Made by a program: the position numbers and the translations under genes. Of a stretch of 36,016 nucleotides of DNA, positions 24,350 to 30,744 are shown one piece after another. Positions within the stretch are counted from its first letter, which is position 1. Every line of letters starts with the position of its first letter. Under the pieces are notes generated by a model that was not told where the DNA came from, did no database searches, and saw only the letters and a program-made list of their open reading frames with translations. The stretch comes from Thermoflexales bacterium (GTDB taxonomy: Bacteria; Chloroflexota; Anaerolineae; Fen-1058). Location of the stretch: NCBI GenBank assembly GCA_017882055.1, contig JADGQE010000001.1:1-36016 (forward strand), read 5' to 3'.

Positions 24350-24457
24350 GTCATTCCGAGCGTAGCGACGCCTAGCGGCCCACCGGCGCACTGCACCGGA
24401 CATGGGCGGAATCTCTACTATTGTCGTAGAGACCCCTCGCTATGCTCGGGGTGACAC
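24350..24457. repeat. 108-bp nested palindromic repeat element (copy B)
   Basis: GTCATTCCGAGCGTAGCGA ... TCGCTATGCTCGGGGTGAC form 19-bp termini. An inner palindrome (GCCCACCGGCGCACTGCACCGGACATGGGC) is inserted in the left arm. It is about 80 percent identical to copy C at 33628-33735 by hand alignment. Confidence 0.85.
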
Positions 24458-24476
24458 CGTAAATCAACTCGGAAAC

Positions 24477-24505
24477 CACTCAGATTGCAGCCCGATCTCT
24501 GAGTG
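24477..24505 (-). terminator. Hairpin downstream of the aldo-keto reductase gene (possible terminator)
   Basis: CACTCAGA (24477-24484) / TCTGAGTG (24498-24505) with a 13-nt loop. The T-rich tail on the minus strand is modest. Confidence 0.35.
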
Positions 24506-24551
24506 ACTGACTCCCGACCACTGACGACTGACCACTGATTACTAATTACTG
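24503..24551 (-). repeat. Tandem heptamer array, 7 units of CAGTNNT on the minus strand
   Basis: Minus strand reads CAGTAAT TAGTAAT CAGTGGT CAGTCGT CAGTGGT CGGGAGT CAGTCAC. The first units overlap the last codons and the stop of the aldo-keto reductase gene. Confidence 0.8.
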
Positions 24552-25498
24552 CTCACCTGCGCACTCGCCTTTTCCAACGCCGCCACTTCGTCCTCACTCA
24601 ACTTCCAACCCAACGCCCCGAAGTTTTCCTGCGCCTGCCGCAGATTCTTCGCGCCCGGAATGGGTACCGCGCCTTTGCACATCACCCAGTTCAACGCGAC
24701 TTGCGACGGCGTCTTGCCCGCATGCCCCTGCCCAACTTCCTTCATCAAGCCGATCAACGGTTGGACCTTGCTCAGATATTCGCGGTTGTACTGGCGGCTG
24801 CGGCGGCCGGGCGGAACATTATCGGGCGTGTACTTGCCGGTCAGGATGCCTTTAGCAATCGGGCTGTAAGCGATGATCGTCACGCCAAGCTCGCCGCACA
24901 CCTTCATCAGGCCGCTCGTCTCCGGCTTGCGATCGAGCAAACTGTATTCGACTTGATTCGACGCCAGCGGAACACCGCGCTTCGCCAGGGCCGCGTGCGC
25001 CCGCATGGTCTGCTGGACGTTGTAGTTCGACACGCCGACCGTGCGCGTGAGGCCCTGCTGAACCGCATCGGCCAACGCATTCGCCCACGTTTCGACCGAG
25101 ATCAGCGAATACGGGAAGTGAACTTGATACAAGTCTACTTTCGAGACGCCCAATCGGTTCAAACTGTTGTGCAGCGCGTTTAGCAAACTGCCGCCACCCC
25201 AGCGCCACGGCAGCGGCGCGAACTTGGTAGCGAGGACGATCTGATCGCGCGTCTGCGTGTCACGCATGAAGCCACCCACCACCGTCTCCGAGCGGCCGCG
25301 GCCATAGATCTCGGCGGTGTCGATGAAGTTGATGCCCGCCGCTAAGGTGGCATCGTATACCGGTCGTAGATCGGCGTCGCCATACGATTTGCCGTAGCCC
25401 CACATCATCGTATCCCCCCACTGCCACACGCCCAGTCCCAGCGGAGTGACGCGCACATCGGTCTTGCCCAGCGGAATCGTTTCGAGTTGAATGGTCAT
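24542..25498 (-). CDS. Aldo-keto reductase family oxidoreductase
   Basis: ATG at 25498 with AAAGGAGAA upstream. AKR landmarks are LGLG.W.WG, D.AE.YG, a catalytic-tetrad context and a C-terminal IPG....Q..EN. Confidence 0.92.
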   Translation of the reverse strand: MTIQLETIPLGKTDVRVTPLGLGVWQWGDTMMWGYGKSYGDADLRPVYDATLAAGINFIDTAEIYGRGRSETVVGGFMRDTQTRDQIVLATKFAPLPWRWGGGSLLNALHNSLNRLGVSKVDLYQVHFPYSLISVETWANALADAVQQGLTRTVGVSNYNVQQTMRAHAALAKRGVPLASNQVEYSLLDRKPETSGLMKVCGELGVTIIAYSPIAKGILTGKYTPDNVPPGRRSRQYNREYLSKVQPLIGLMKEVGQGHAGKTPSQVALNWVMCKGAVPIPGAKNLRQAQENFGALGWKLSEDEVAALEKASAQVSSN

Positions 25499-25500
25499 AT
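25445..25500. repeat. 56-bp direct repeat, copy 1 (the real 5' end of the AKR gene)
   Basis: 53 of 56 positions are identical to 26429-26484 by hand alignment. Confidence 0.9.
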
Positions 25501-25513
25501 TTCTCCTTTGAAT

Positions 25514-25550
25514 GAAAAGTGACGAGTAAGCCTTGGAATCACTCGTCACT
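25514..25550 (-). terminator. Rho-independent terminator at the end of the three-gene cassette
   Basis: Minus strand reads AGTGACGAGT, a 13-nt loop, ACTCGTCACT, then TTTCATTC. It ends about 17 nt before the AKR start codon. Confidence 0.6.
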
Positions 25551-25583
25551 CAGTTTAATCGTCTCAGAAACCGGAGGTCTCCA

Positions 25584-25847
25584 TCAAGCCATTGCAGCGG
25601 TCGCAGCCGGCTCAGCCTCCAGTTGATATAGAAAGTCTGGCGCGAAGTCCGCTCCGTTTGGCCAGGTTATCGTGCGTGAGTCGGGATCGAGGTAGACACG
25701 GGCAAAGTAGTCCGGGTCGCGCAACGGCTCAAAGATCGGGCCATACAATTCGCGGCGCAGGTTGACGCGCTTGCGAGCACCATCATCAAAAGCCACTTCG
25801 AGTGAGAAAGGGCCGACGACTTTAACCTGGGTCACATGAATGATCAT
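25584..25847 (-). CDS. DUF2442 family protein
   Basis: Pattern V..V......L.V.F.DG....V.L, then P.F.PL.D...F..V......TI.WPNGADF.PD.LY. GAGG lies 5 nt upstream of the ATG. Confidence 0.85.
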   Translation of the reverse strand: MIIHVTQVKVVGPFSLEVAFDDGARKRVNLRRELYGPIFEPLRDPDYFARVYLDPDSRTITWPNGADFAPDFLYQLEAEPAATAAMA

Positions 25848-25859
25848 CTTGACCTCGCT

Positions 25860-26120
25860 TCAATCCAGCGGCTCAATGGAATGCAACGGCTGATGGCCAC
25901 GCGCCAGTTCCCAGTTCGCGCGGAGTTCAGCCTGATGAATGGCCGCCCATTCGAATACTTTGGCTCGCACGTTCCGCGAGAGTGAACCTTCCAAGATCAT
26001 GATCGGGTCAATGCTAACTTCCGCTGCTTCATCGCCATGTTCCGCATGAAAGTGCGGTGGCAAATGATCACGGTAAAACAACATGATCTTGATTCCGTCA
26101 AAGATACAGATAGTAGGCAT
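25860..26120 (-). CDS. DUF4160 family protein
   Basis: MPTI..FDGI.I..Y..DH.PPHFHAE.G..EA...I, then L....EWA..H..EL..NWE. These are hallmark residues of DUF4160. Confidence 0.85.
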   Translation of the reverse strand: MPTICIFDGIKIMLFYRDHLPPHFHAEHGDEAAEVSIDPIMILEGSLSRNVRAKVFEWAAIHQAELRANWELARGHQPLHSIEPLD

Positions 26121-26126
26121 TACGAA

Positions 26127-26315
26127 TCACTGCGCGCCAGCGGACGCCCGGCTCAAATCATATAAATCCTGCTGGCTCCAGGCGTCATTTGAATCCACCA
26201 CCCAACCAGACGCGGACTCGGCCAGGTCGTCCATGATTAATCGTGCCAGGCGCAAACGTTCAATTGCGGGCAGCCGTTTGATTTGATCCTGATAAATGGA
26301 TTCGAAGGTATTCAT
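26127..26315 (-). CDS. Small addiction-module-component-like protein (Unstab_antitox-like)
   Basis: ATG at 26315 lies 5 nt after GGGAGGG. The GTG at 26321 in the ORF track overlaps that Shine-Dalgarno sequence. The LPAIERLRLARLIMDDL motif resembles the LP..ERL.L...L.DSL antitoxin-component motif. Confidence 0.55.
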   Translation of the reverse strand: MNTFESIYQDQIKRLPAIERLRLARLIMDDLAESASGWVVDSNDAWSQQDLYDLSRASAGAQ

Positions 26316-26355
26316 CGTCACCCTCCCGACAATCTTCGCGTCTCATTCCACAAGA

Positions 26356-26364
26356 ATTATAGCA
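26356..26364 (-). promoter_or_regulatory. Extended -10 element (TGCTATAAT) upstream of the cassette
   Basis: Minus strand reads TGC-TATAAT, about 35 nt upstream of the 26315 start region. I found no convincing -35 box. Confidence 0.35.
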
Positions 26365-26482
26365 CAGCGTTGTTTGACGCTTTCGCGCTGGTGAATGACT
26401 GATGAACAGCGTAGGGGCGACCCTCGTAAGTGATGCGCACATCGGTTTTGCCCAGCGGGATCGTTTCGAGTTGAATGGTCAT
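26357..26482 (-). pseudogene. Duplicated 5' remnant of the aldo-keto reductase gene
   Basis: It encodes MTIQLETIPLGKTDVRIT, matching the first 18 residues of the intact AKR with one V-to-I change. It then diverges and stops after 41 codons. Confidence 0.75.
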
Positions 26483-26484
26483 AT
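26429..26484. repeat. 56-bp direct repeat, copy 2
   Basis: 53 of 56 positions are identical to 25445-25500. Confidence 0.9.
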
Positions 26485-26610
26485 CACTTTCCATGTGTCG
26501 GAGAATAAAGCGCAGAGTCGCTGAGATTGTATCACCTTCTCTGCAACCCTGCGGTGAGTTGGCATTCGTGCGGGCGAATGGAAAGCAGTCTTCAACGGAT
26601 GATTCGCACT

Positions 26611-26649
26611 CGGATAAACGGATGCTATCCGTTCACGTCCGTTTATCCG
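26611..26649. promoter_or_regulatory. Palindromic unit 1: 11-bp arms CGGATAAACGG / CCGTTTATCCG enclosing a perfect ACGGAT-GCT-ATCCGT palindrome
   Basis: Arms at 26611-26621 and 26639-26649. The inner 6-3-6 palindrome is at 26618-26632. Additional ACGGAT/ATCCG words flank it. Confidence 0.6.
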
Positions 26650-26747
26650 TTTTACATCCGCTGAAAGCCTCTCACCCGCTGCGATAAGTTTCATCGGCCA
26701 TAGGTTCCTCCACGACAAATACCGGAGTTAAACCAAACGCACCGCAG

Positions 26748-26785
26748 CGGATAAACGAATGTGTATTGCGTCATCCGTTTATCCG
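26748..26785. promoter_or_regulatory. Palindromic unit 2 with the same arms (CGGATAAACGA / CCGTTTATCCG)
   Basis: Arms at 26748-26758 and 26775-26785 with a 16-nt spacer. The spacer contains GTATTGCGT, the word also found in the 1733-1779 hairpin. Confidence 0.6.
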
Positions 26786-26829
26786 TTGCCTATTCGTTGC
26801 CTATTCGTTGCCTATTCGCTGCCTCACGC
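26775..26829. repeat. Five phased 11-bp units: three perfect TTGCCTATTCG copies flanked by two related units
   Basis: CCGTTTATCCG | TTGCCTATTCG x3 (26786-26818) | CTGCCTCACGC. It starts 1 nt after the stop of the HdrD-like gene. Confidence 0.85.
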
Positions 26830-26830
26830 A

Positions 26831-28855
26831 TTACAACTGTTCCGCCACAATCTCCGCCACGTCCTTGACTTGCATCTCACTCTTAGCCGCTTTGGCCGCA
26901 TCCGTCAGCATGACCATGCAGAACGGGCAGCCGACGGCCAGCGTATCCTTGCCCGTCGCCATTGCTTCCGCAAAACGATTGGCGCTGACGCGTTCGCGGC
27001 CATGCTCCTCTTCCTTCCACATTTGCGCGCCGCCCGCGCCACAGCAGAACGAGTTATTGCGATGACGCGGCAGTTCGGTGATCGACGCGCCGGTCGAATG
27101 CAATACGTTGCGTGGCGCATCGTAAACTTGATTGTGCCGACCGAGGTAGCAGGGATCATGGAAGGTCACATCGGCTCGCGCCGCTTCATACGGCTTGAGT
27201 TTACCCAGCGCGTACAGTTCTTCGATCAACTGCGTGTGATGAATCACGGTGTAGTTGCCACCGAACGCCGGGTATTCATTCGATAGGGTATGCAGGCAAT
27301 GCGGGCACGTCGTCACGATGCGCTTCGGCGCGATTTCATTCAACATCTCGACATTGCCCGTTGCCAACTCGAAGAACAAAGCCTCGTTGCCTGCGCGCCG
27401 CGCCGAATCGCCGGTGCAGCGTTCGTTCTTGCCCAAGACCGCAAAGTTCACACCAGCCGCGTTCAGAATCTTCGCGAACGACTGCGCCGTCTTTTGCGCG
27501 CGAGCATCAGTCGATGGCGCGCAGCCCACCCACCACAAAATATCCGGCTCCGGGTTCTGCTCGATCGTAGGCACGCTGAGTCCCTTCGCCCAGTCCATTC
27601 GAGATTCGGGCGAGATATTCCACGGGTTGCCGGTGCGCTCCATGCCACGGAAGGCTGGCTGCAACTGCGGCGGGAATTGATTGTCCATCAGGACCAGGTT
27701 GCGGCGGATATCGAGGATGTCGCGCATCGGCTCGTTGTTGACGGGGCAAACCTCGACGCACGCGCCGCAAGTCGTGCACGCCCACACCGCTTCGGCGCTG
27801 ATAGCAAAATCGAGCAGGCTCACTTCCGATTCTTTGCCTGCCGCCAACTTCGCGCCTTCTTGATTGATCTGATAACGCTTGTTGATCTCCAGCGCCGACG
27901 GCGACAGCACCTTGCCAGTGTGGTTGGCCGGGCAGACATCCTGGCAGCGATTGCACATGATGCAGGCGTAGGCATCCATCAACTGCGGCTGCGACAGATG
28001 CTCCAATTTCGCCGCGCCGAATTGTGTAAGGCTTTCGTCGTCGAAGTTGATCTTGCTCAATTCGCCCATCGATTTGCGCCTGGGCTTGAGCATGAAGTTC
28101 AACGGCGCGAAGAAGATATGGATGTGCTTCGAGTAGAGGAAGTAGGGCACGAACAGCAGAATCGATCCGAGCGCGCACCAAAAGAAGAAATGCTGGAAAA
28201 ATATGAGCGTCTCATGCGGCACGGACCATATCTGGCTTAGAAAAGTAGCGAAGGGCTGCCATGGATCGCCGACACGACACCCAACACAGAGTAAAGAACC
28301 ACGCTGTGCAATCTGGGTACTCTCGCCCAGGAACCGCGAACCGACATGGAACAGAATGAACAATCCAACGATCAACGAATCGCGCTTGATGCCGAATGCC
28401 GCTTTGGGATGCAACAGCGTGTTTTTGTTAAAGCCGAAGATGTGTTGGCCCTTGACCAATCGGCGCAGCAACATCGACGCCATGCCAACCAGCACGCCCA
28501 CGGTCAACAGATCGGCGATCAGACGATAGAGATTGCCGATGAGGTCGGTTCCCAGGAAAACAAAGCCGGAGAAGAACGCCTGCAAGCCATCACCGACGTT
28601 GACCAGCAGATAATACGTGAAGCCCCAGGCGATGAAGGCGTGGGCGATGCTCGGCCACAAACGGCGCTTCAACACGGTGCGCTGCGTGACAAAGACACTA
28701 AGACCGGCACGCAAGCGTGAGCCGAAGTGATCGGTTGCCAGACTGCCCGTGCCGCGCCGGATGATGCGGATGATTCGATCGGCGGCGCGATAAGCCGCAT
28801 AGGCCGAAGCCAAGGCCAACAACGTAAAGAGTATCTTCTCGACGGTTGTGAGCAT
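26831..28855 (-). CDS. Membrane-anchored (Fe-S)-binding oxidoreductase, HdrD/GlpC-like (two 4Fe-4S motifs plus two CCG domains)
   Basis: The N-terminal polytopic domain ends in SKHIHIFFAPLN. It is followed by CIMCNRCQDVCP and CTTCGACVEVCP. Cys-rich CCG-type segments follow (WWVGC, TCPHC, DPCYLGR, FCCGAGG, GCPFC). Confidence 0.88.
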   Translation of the reverse strand: MLTTVEKILFTLLALASAYAAYRAADRIIRIIRRGTGSLATDHFGSRLRAGLSVFVTQRTVLKRRLWPSIAHAFIAWGFTYYLLVNVGDGLQAFFSGFVFLGTDLIGNLYRLIADLLTVGVLVGMASMLLRRLVKGQHIFGFNKNTLLHPKAAFGIKRDSLIVGLFILFHVGSRFLGESTQIAQRGSLLCVGCRVGDPWQPFATFLSQIWSVPHETLIFFQHFFFWCALGSILLFVPYFLYSKHIHIFFAPLNFMLKPRRKSMGELSKINFDDESLTQFGAAKLEHLSQPQLMDAYACIMCNRCQDVCPANHTGKVLSPSALEINKRYQINQEGAKLAAGKESEVSLLDFAISAEAVWACTTCGACVEVCPVNNEPMRDILDIRRNLVLMDNQFPPQLQPAFRGMERTGNPWNISPESRMDWAKGLSVPTIEQNPEPDILWWVGCAPSTDARAQKTAQSFAKILNAAGVNFAVLGKNERCTGDSARRAGNEALFFELATGNVEMLNEIAPKRIVTTCPHCLHTLSNEYPAFGGNYTVIHHTQLIEELYALGKLKPYEAARADVTFHDPCYLGRHNQVYDAPRNVLHSTGASITELPRHRNNSFCCGAGGAQMWKEEEHGRERVSANRFAEAMATGKDTLAVGCPFCMVMLTDAAKAAKSEMQVKDVAEIVAEQL

Positions 28856-28873
28856 AAGTCACCTTGCAGAGTC

Positions 28874-28926
28874 TCCCTCTCCCTTTCAGGGAGAGGCTGC
28901 GCGCTAGCGCGTGGGTGAGGGTGAGG
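28874..28926. repeat. REP-like GC-rich repeat (CCTCTCCCT-TTC-AGGGAGAGG ... GGGTGAGGGTGAGG)
   Basis: 9-bp hairpin at 28876-28896, then the palindrome CGCGCTAGCGCG, then a GGGTGAGGGTGAGG tail. It is related to the in-CDS copy at 34055-34091. Confidence 0.6.
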
Positions 28927-28931
28927 CGTAC

Positions 28932-28966
28932 AATAAAAAGGCTGCCCGTTATAACGCGGGCAGCCT
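28932..28966 (-). terminator. Rho-independent terminator after the peroxiredoxin gene
   Basis: Minus strand reads AGGCTGCCCG, an 8-nt loop, CGGGCAGCCT, then TTTTATT. Confidence 0.8.
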
Positions 28967-28977
28967 GAGTCGATCAG

Positions 28978-29430
28978 TTACTTCAATTTTTCCAGCGCCT
29001 CGAACACCGGATTGTTGTCGGGCACTTCGCCGATCGCATTCACGTGCGCGTAAACAATCTGGCCGCTTTTGTCGATCACGAACAACGCCCGTTCGGCAAA
29101 GCCGCCTTCGCGCAGCACGCCGTAGGCTTTGGTCACTTCTTTATTGAAATCACTCAGCAGCGGAAACTCCAGCTTCAGATGCGTGGCGAATGCTTCGCTG
29201 CTGTGCTTGCTGTCCACGCTGATACCCAGCACTTCGGTATCCAGGCTTTGAAAGCGCGGCAGGTTCTCCTGGAGACCCGGCAATTGCAAACTGCACACCG
29301 GGCTAAACGTGAACGGGTAAAACGCCAGCAGCACGTTCTTCTGGCCGCGATATTCGTTCAACTTGATCATGCGATTGCCCGACGCCGGCAGTTCAAAGTC
29401 GGGCGCTATAACGCCAACTTGCAATGCCAT
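28978..29430 (-). CDS. Peroxiredoxin (AhpE/Bcp-like, thioredoxin fold)
   Basis: APDFELP...LLAFYPFTFSPVC peroxidatic Cys motif. GAGGTGAG precedes the ATG. Confidence 0.92.
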   Translation of the reverse strand: MALQVGVIAPDFELPASGNRMIKLNEYRGQKNVLLAFYPFTFSPVCSLQLPGLQENLPRFQSLDTEVLGISVDSKHSSEAFATHLKLEFPLLSDFNKEVTKAYGVLREGGFAERALFVIDKSGQIVYAHVNAIGEVPDNNPVFEALEKLK

Positions 29431-29531
29431 ATGATCTCACCTCATTCAAGTATGTAACTTCACGCTTAGTAGTCTAGCACAACCGATAGACCGCCGCAAG
29501 CACTGCCACTTCAACCTCGCACGGCTGCGGA

Positions 29532-30659
29532 TTACAACAAATCCCACGGCGCAGAACGGATCGATCCACGCAGCGAGTCGAAGATCAGATCGGCGTGCTC
29601 GGGATACCGATCGGCGTAGGCGCGCAGCAAGCCGACGCAGCCTGCGATCATCATGTCGCCGAACGGCACGGCCAGATACGGTCGATGCCTCGAATCACGC
29701 AGCAGCGATCGACGCGGACCGACAATGGTGACAAACCGATCGGCGGTAGACATCGGCTCGCGATTGAACACGAGCGCGCCATGTCCCTGCGTGTCAAACA
29801 CTTCGCGATGCTGCAGCGTGCCCTCGATCAATTTGTCGATGAAGCCGTCGAGTTGGCTGAGTGTAATCTCGCCGGTGTGATGCTCGAACAGACCTTCGAT
29901 GCCGCCCGGCCCCAATCGAAACGCCAGCGTGTGGAAGTTGCCAACATTCGAGACGATTAACTGTTCGTGCTGGACCACATTCGGATCGAGCAGCGCGCCC
30001 AGTACGGCGGCCGGGGCTGTGTCCATCAACAGCACTTCGCCGTCGAAATCCGCCGTGGCCTCAACCGCCTGCAGGCGAGTGAGGTTCGGCGGCAATTCGC
30101 CGCGCTTGTAGGCAAAGGCCGACAAACGATTCTCGACACGAATACGTTCCTCAAGATAATCGAACCGGAACTGCCGATCGGAATAACCGGCGGGCGCGTT
30201 GCCGTGATCGAACACGGCCAGCGCCAGGCCATCAGGCTTGAGATCGATCCCGAAGGCCGTGAAAGCCGATCGGATGGCGTCGAAATCAAAGTCACGCAGC
30301 GAAATCAATTGATCAGATTCATCCAGCCGCCGGGCTTCTTCTTCGGCGATGACGGCGATGCCCATCCGCTCGACTTTGTCCAACTCATCGTCGAAGGTGC
30401 GCGCGGCTTCAGGCGTCGCATATACTTTGTGACCCGCCTTGATGTGATCCATCACCGCCCAGTGACTCGGCCCGCCGCCCATCGTGACGCCGGTCAAAAT
30501 GATCGAGCGGCCTGCACGCGTGGCCTGTTTCACTTCACGCGCCACCCGCAGCGTCGGCGAGGGCATCACCAGCTTCAGGCAATTCTCGATCTCCTGGTCG
30601 CTATTGTACAGCAAGATGTCCTGCGTGCCCGTGCCAATGTCTACACACAGAATCTTCAT
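29532..30659 (-). CDS. DUF1786-like protein (ASKHA / sugar-kinase-fold, function unknown)
   Basis: ATG at 30659 (MKILCVDIGTGTQDILL), an actin-like ATPase phosphate-1 motif. The 27-codon upstream extension in the ORF track is a repeat region. Confidence 0.6.
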   Translation of the reverse strand: MKILCVDIGTGTQDILLYNSDQEIENCLKLVMPSPTLRVAREVKQATRAGRSIILTGVTMGGGPSHWAVMDHIKAGHKVYATPEAARTFDDELDKVERMGIAVIAEEEARRLDESDQLISLRDFDFDAIRSAFTAFGIDLKPDGLALAVFDHGNAPAGYSDRQFRFDYLEERIRVENRLSAFAYKRGELPPNLTRLQAVEATADFDGEVLLMDTAPAAVLGALLDPNVVQHEQLIVSNVGNFHTLAFRLGPGGIEGLFEHHTGEITLSQLDGFIDKLIEGTLQHREVFDTQGHGALVFNREPMSTADRFVTIVGPRRSLLRDSRHRPYLAVPFGDMMIAGCVGLLRAYADRYPEHADLIFDSLRGSIRSAPWDLL

Positions 30660-30744
30660 CGTCTCTCCTTCTCCCCGTCTCTCCGTCTCCCTATCTCCCG
30701 ATCGAATGAGGGATGGAGAGATGGAGCGAAAATACTTCATCAGA

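Noticed and set aside
26475-26718. 70-aa and 79-aa ORFs across the iteron-like region
   Set aside because: Their sequence is dominated by the palindromic and tandem repeats. Both strands are open over the same span, and neither has a Shine-Dalgarno sequence.
26775-26829. Possible CRISPR array or type III toxin-antitoxin RNA repeats
   Set aside because: The units are only 11 bp, directly abutting with no spacers. No cas or toxin gene follows.
27290-28240. 316-aa plus-strand ORF (also 27507..28181 on the minus strand in another frame)
   Set aside because: It overlaps the HdrD-like gene, whose Cys motifs fix the true frame. These are shadow ORFs.
30660-30744. CT-rich/GA-rich imperfect inverted repeat (CTCCGTCTCCCTATCTCCC ... 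GGGATGGAGAGATGGAG) between the MFS gene and the DUF1786-like gene
   Set aside because: The pairing is real but imperfect. It may simply be a purine-rich ribosome-binding region, and I could not relate it to any other repeat in the window. It explains the false N-terminal extension of ORF 29532..30740.
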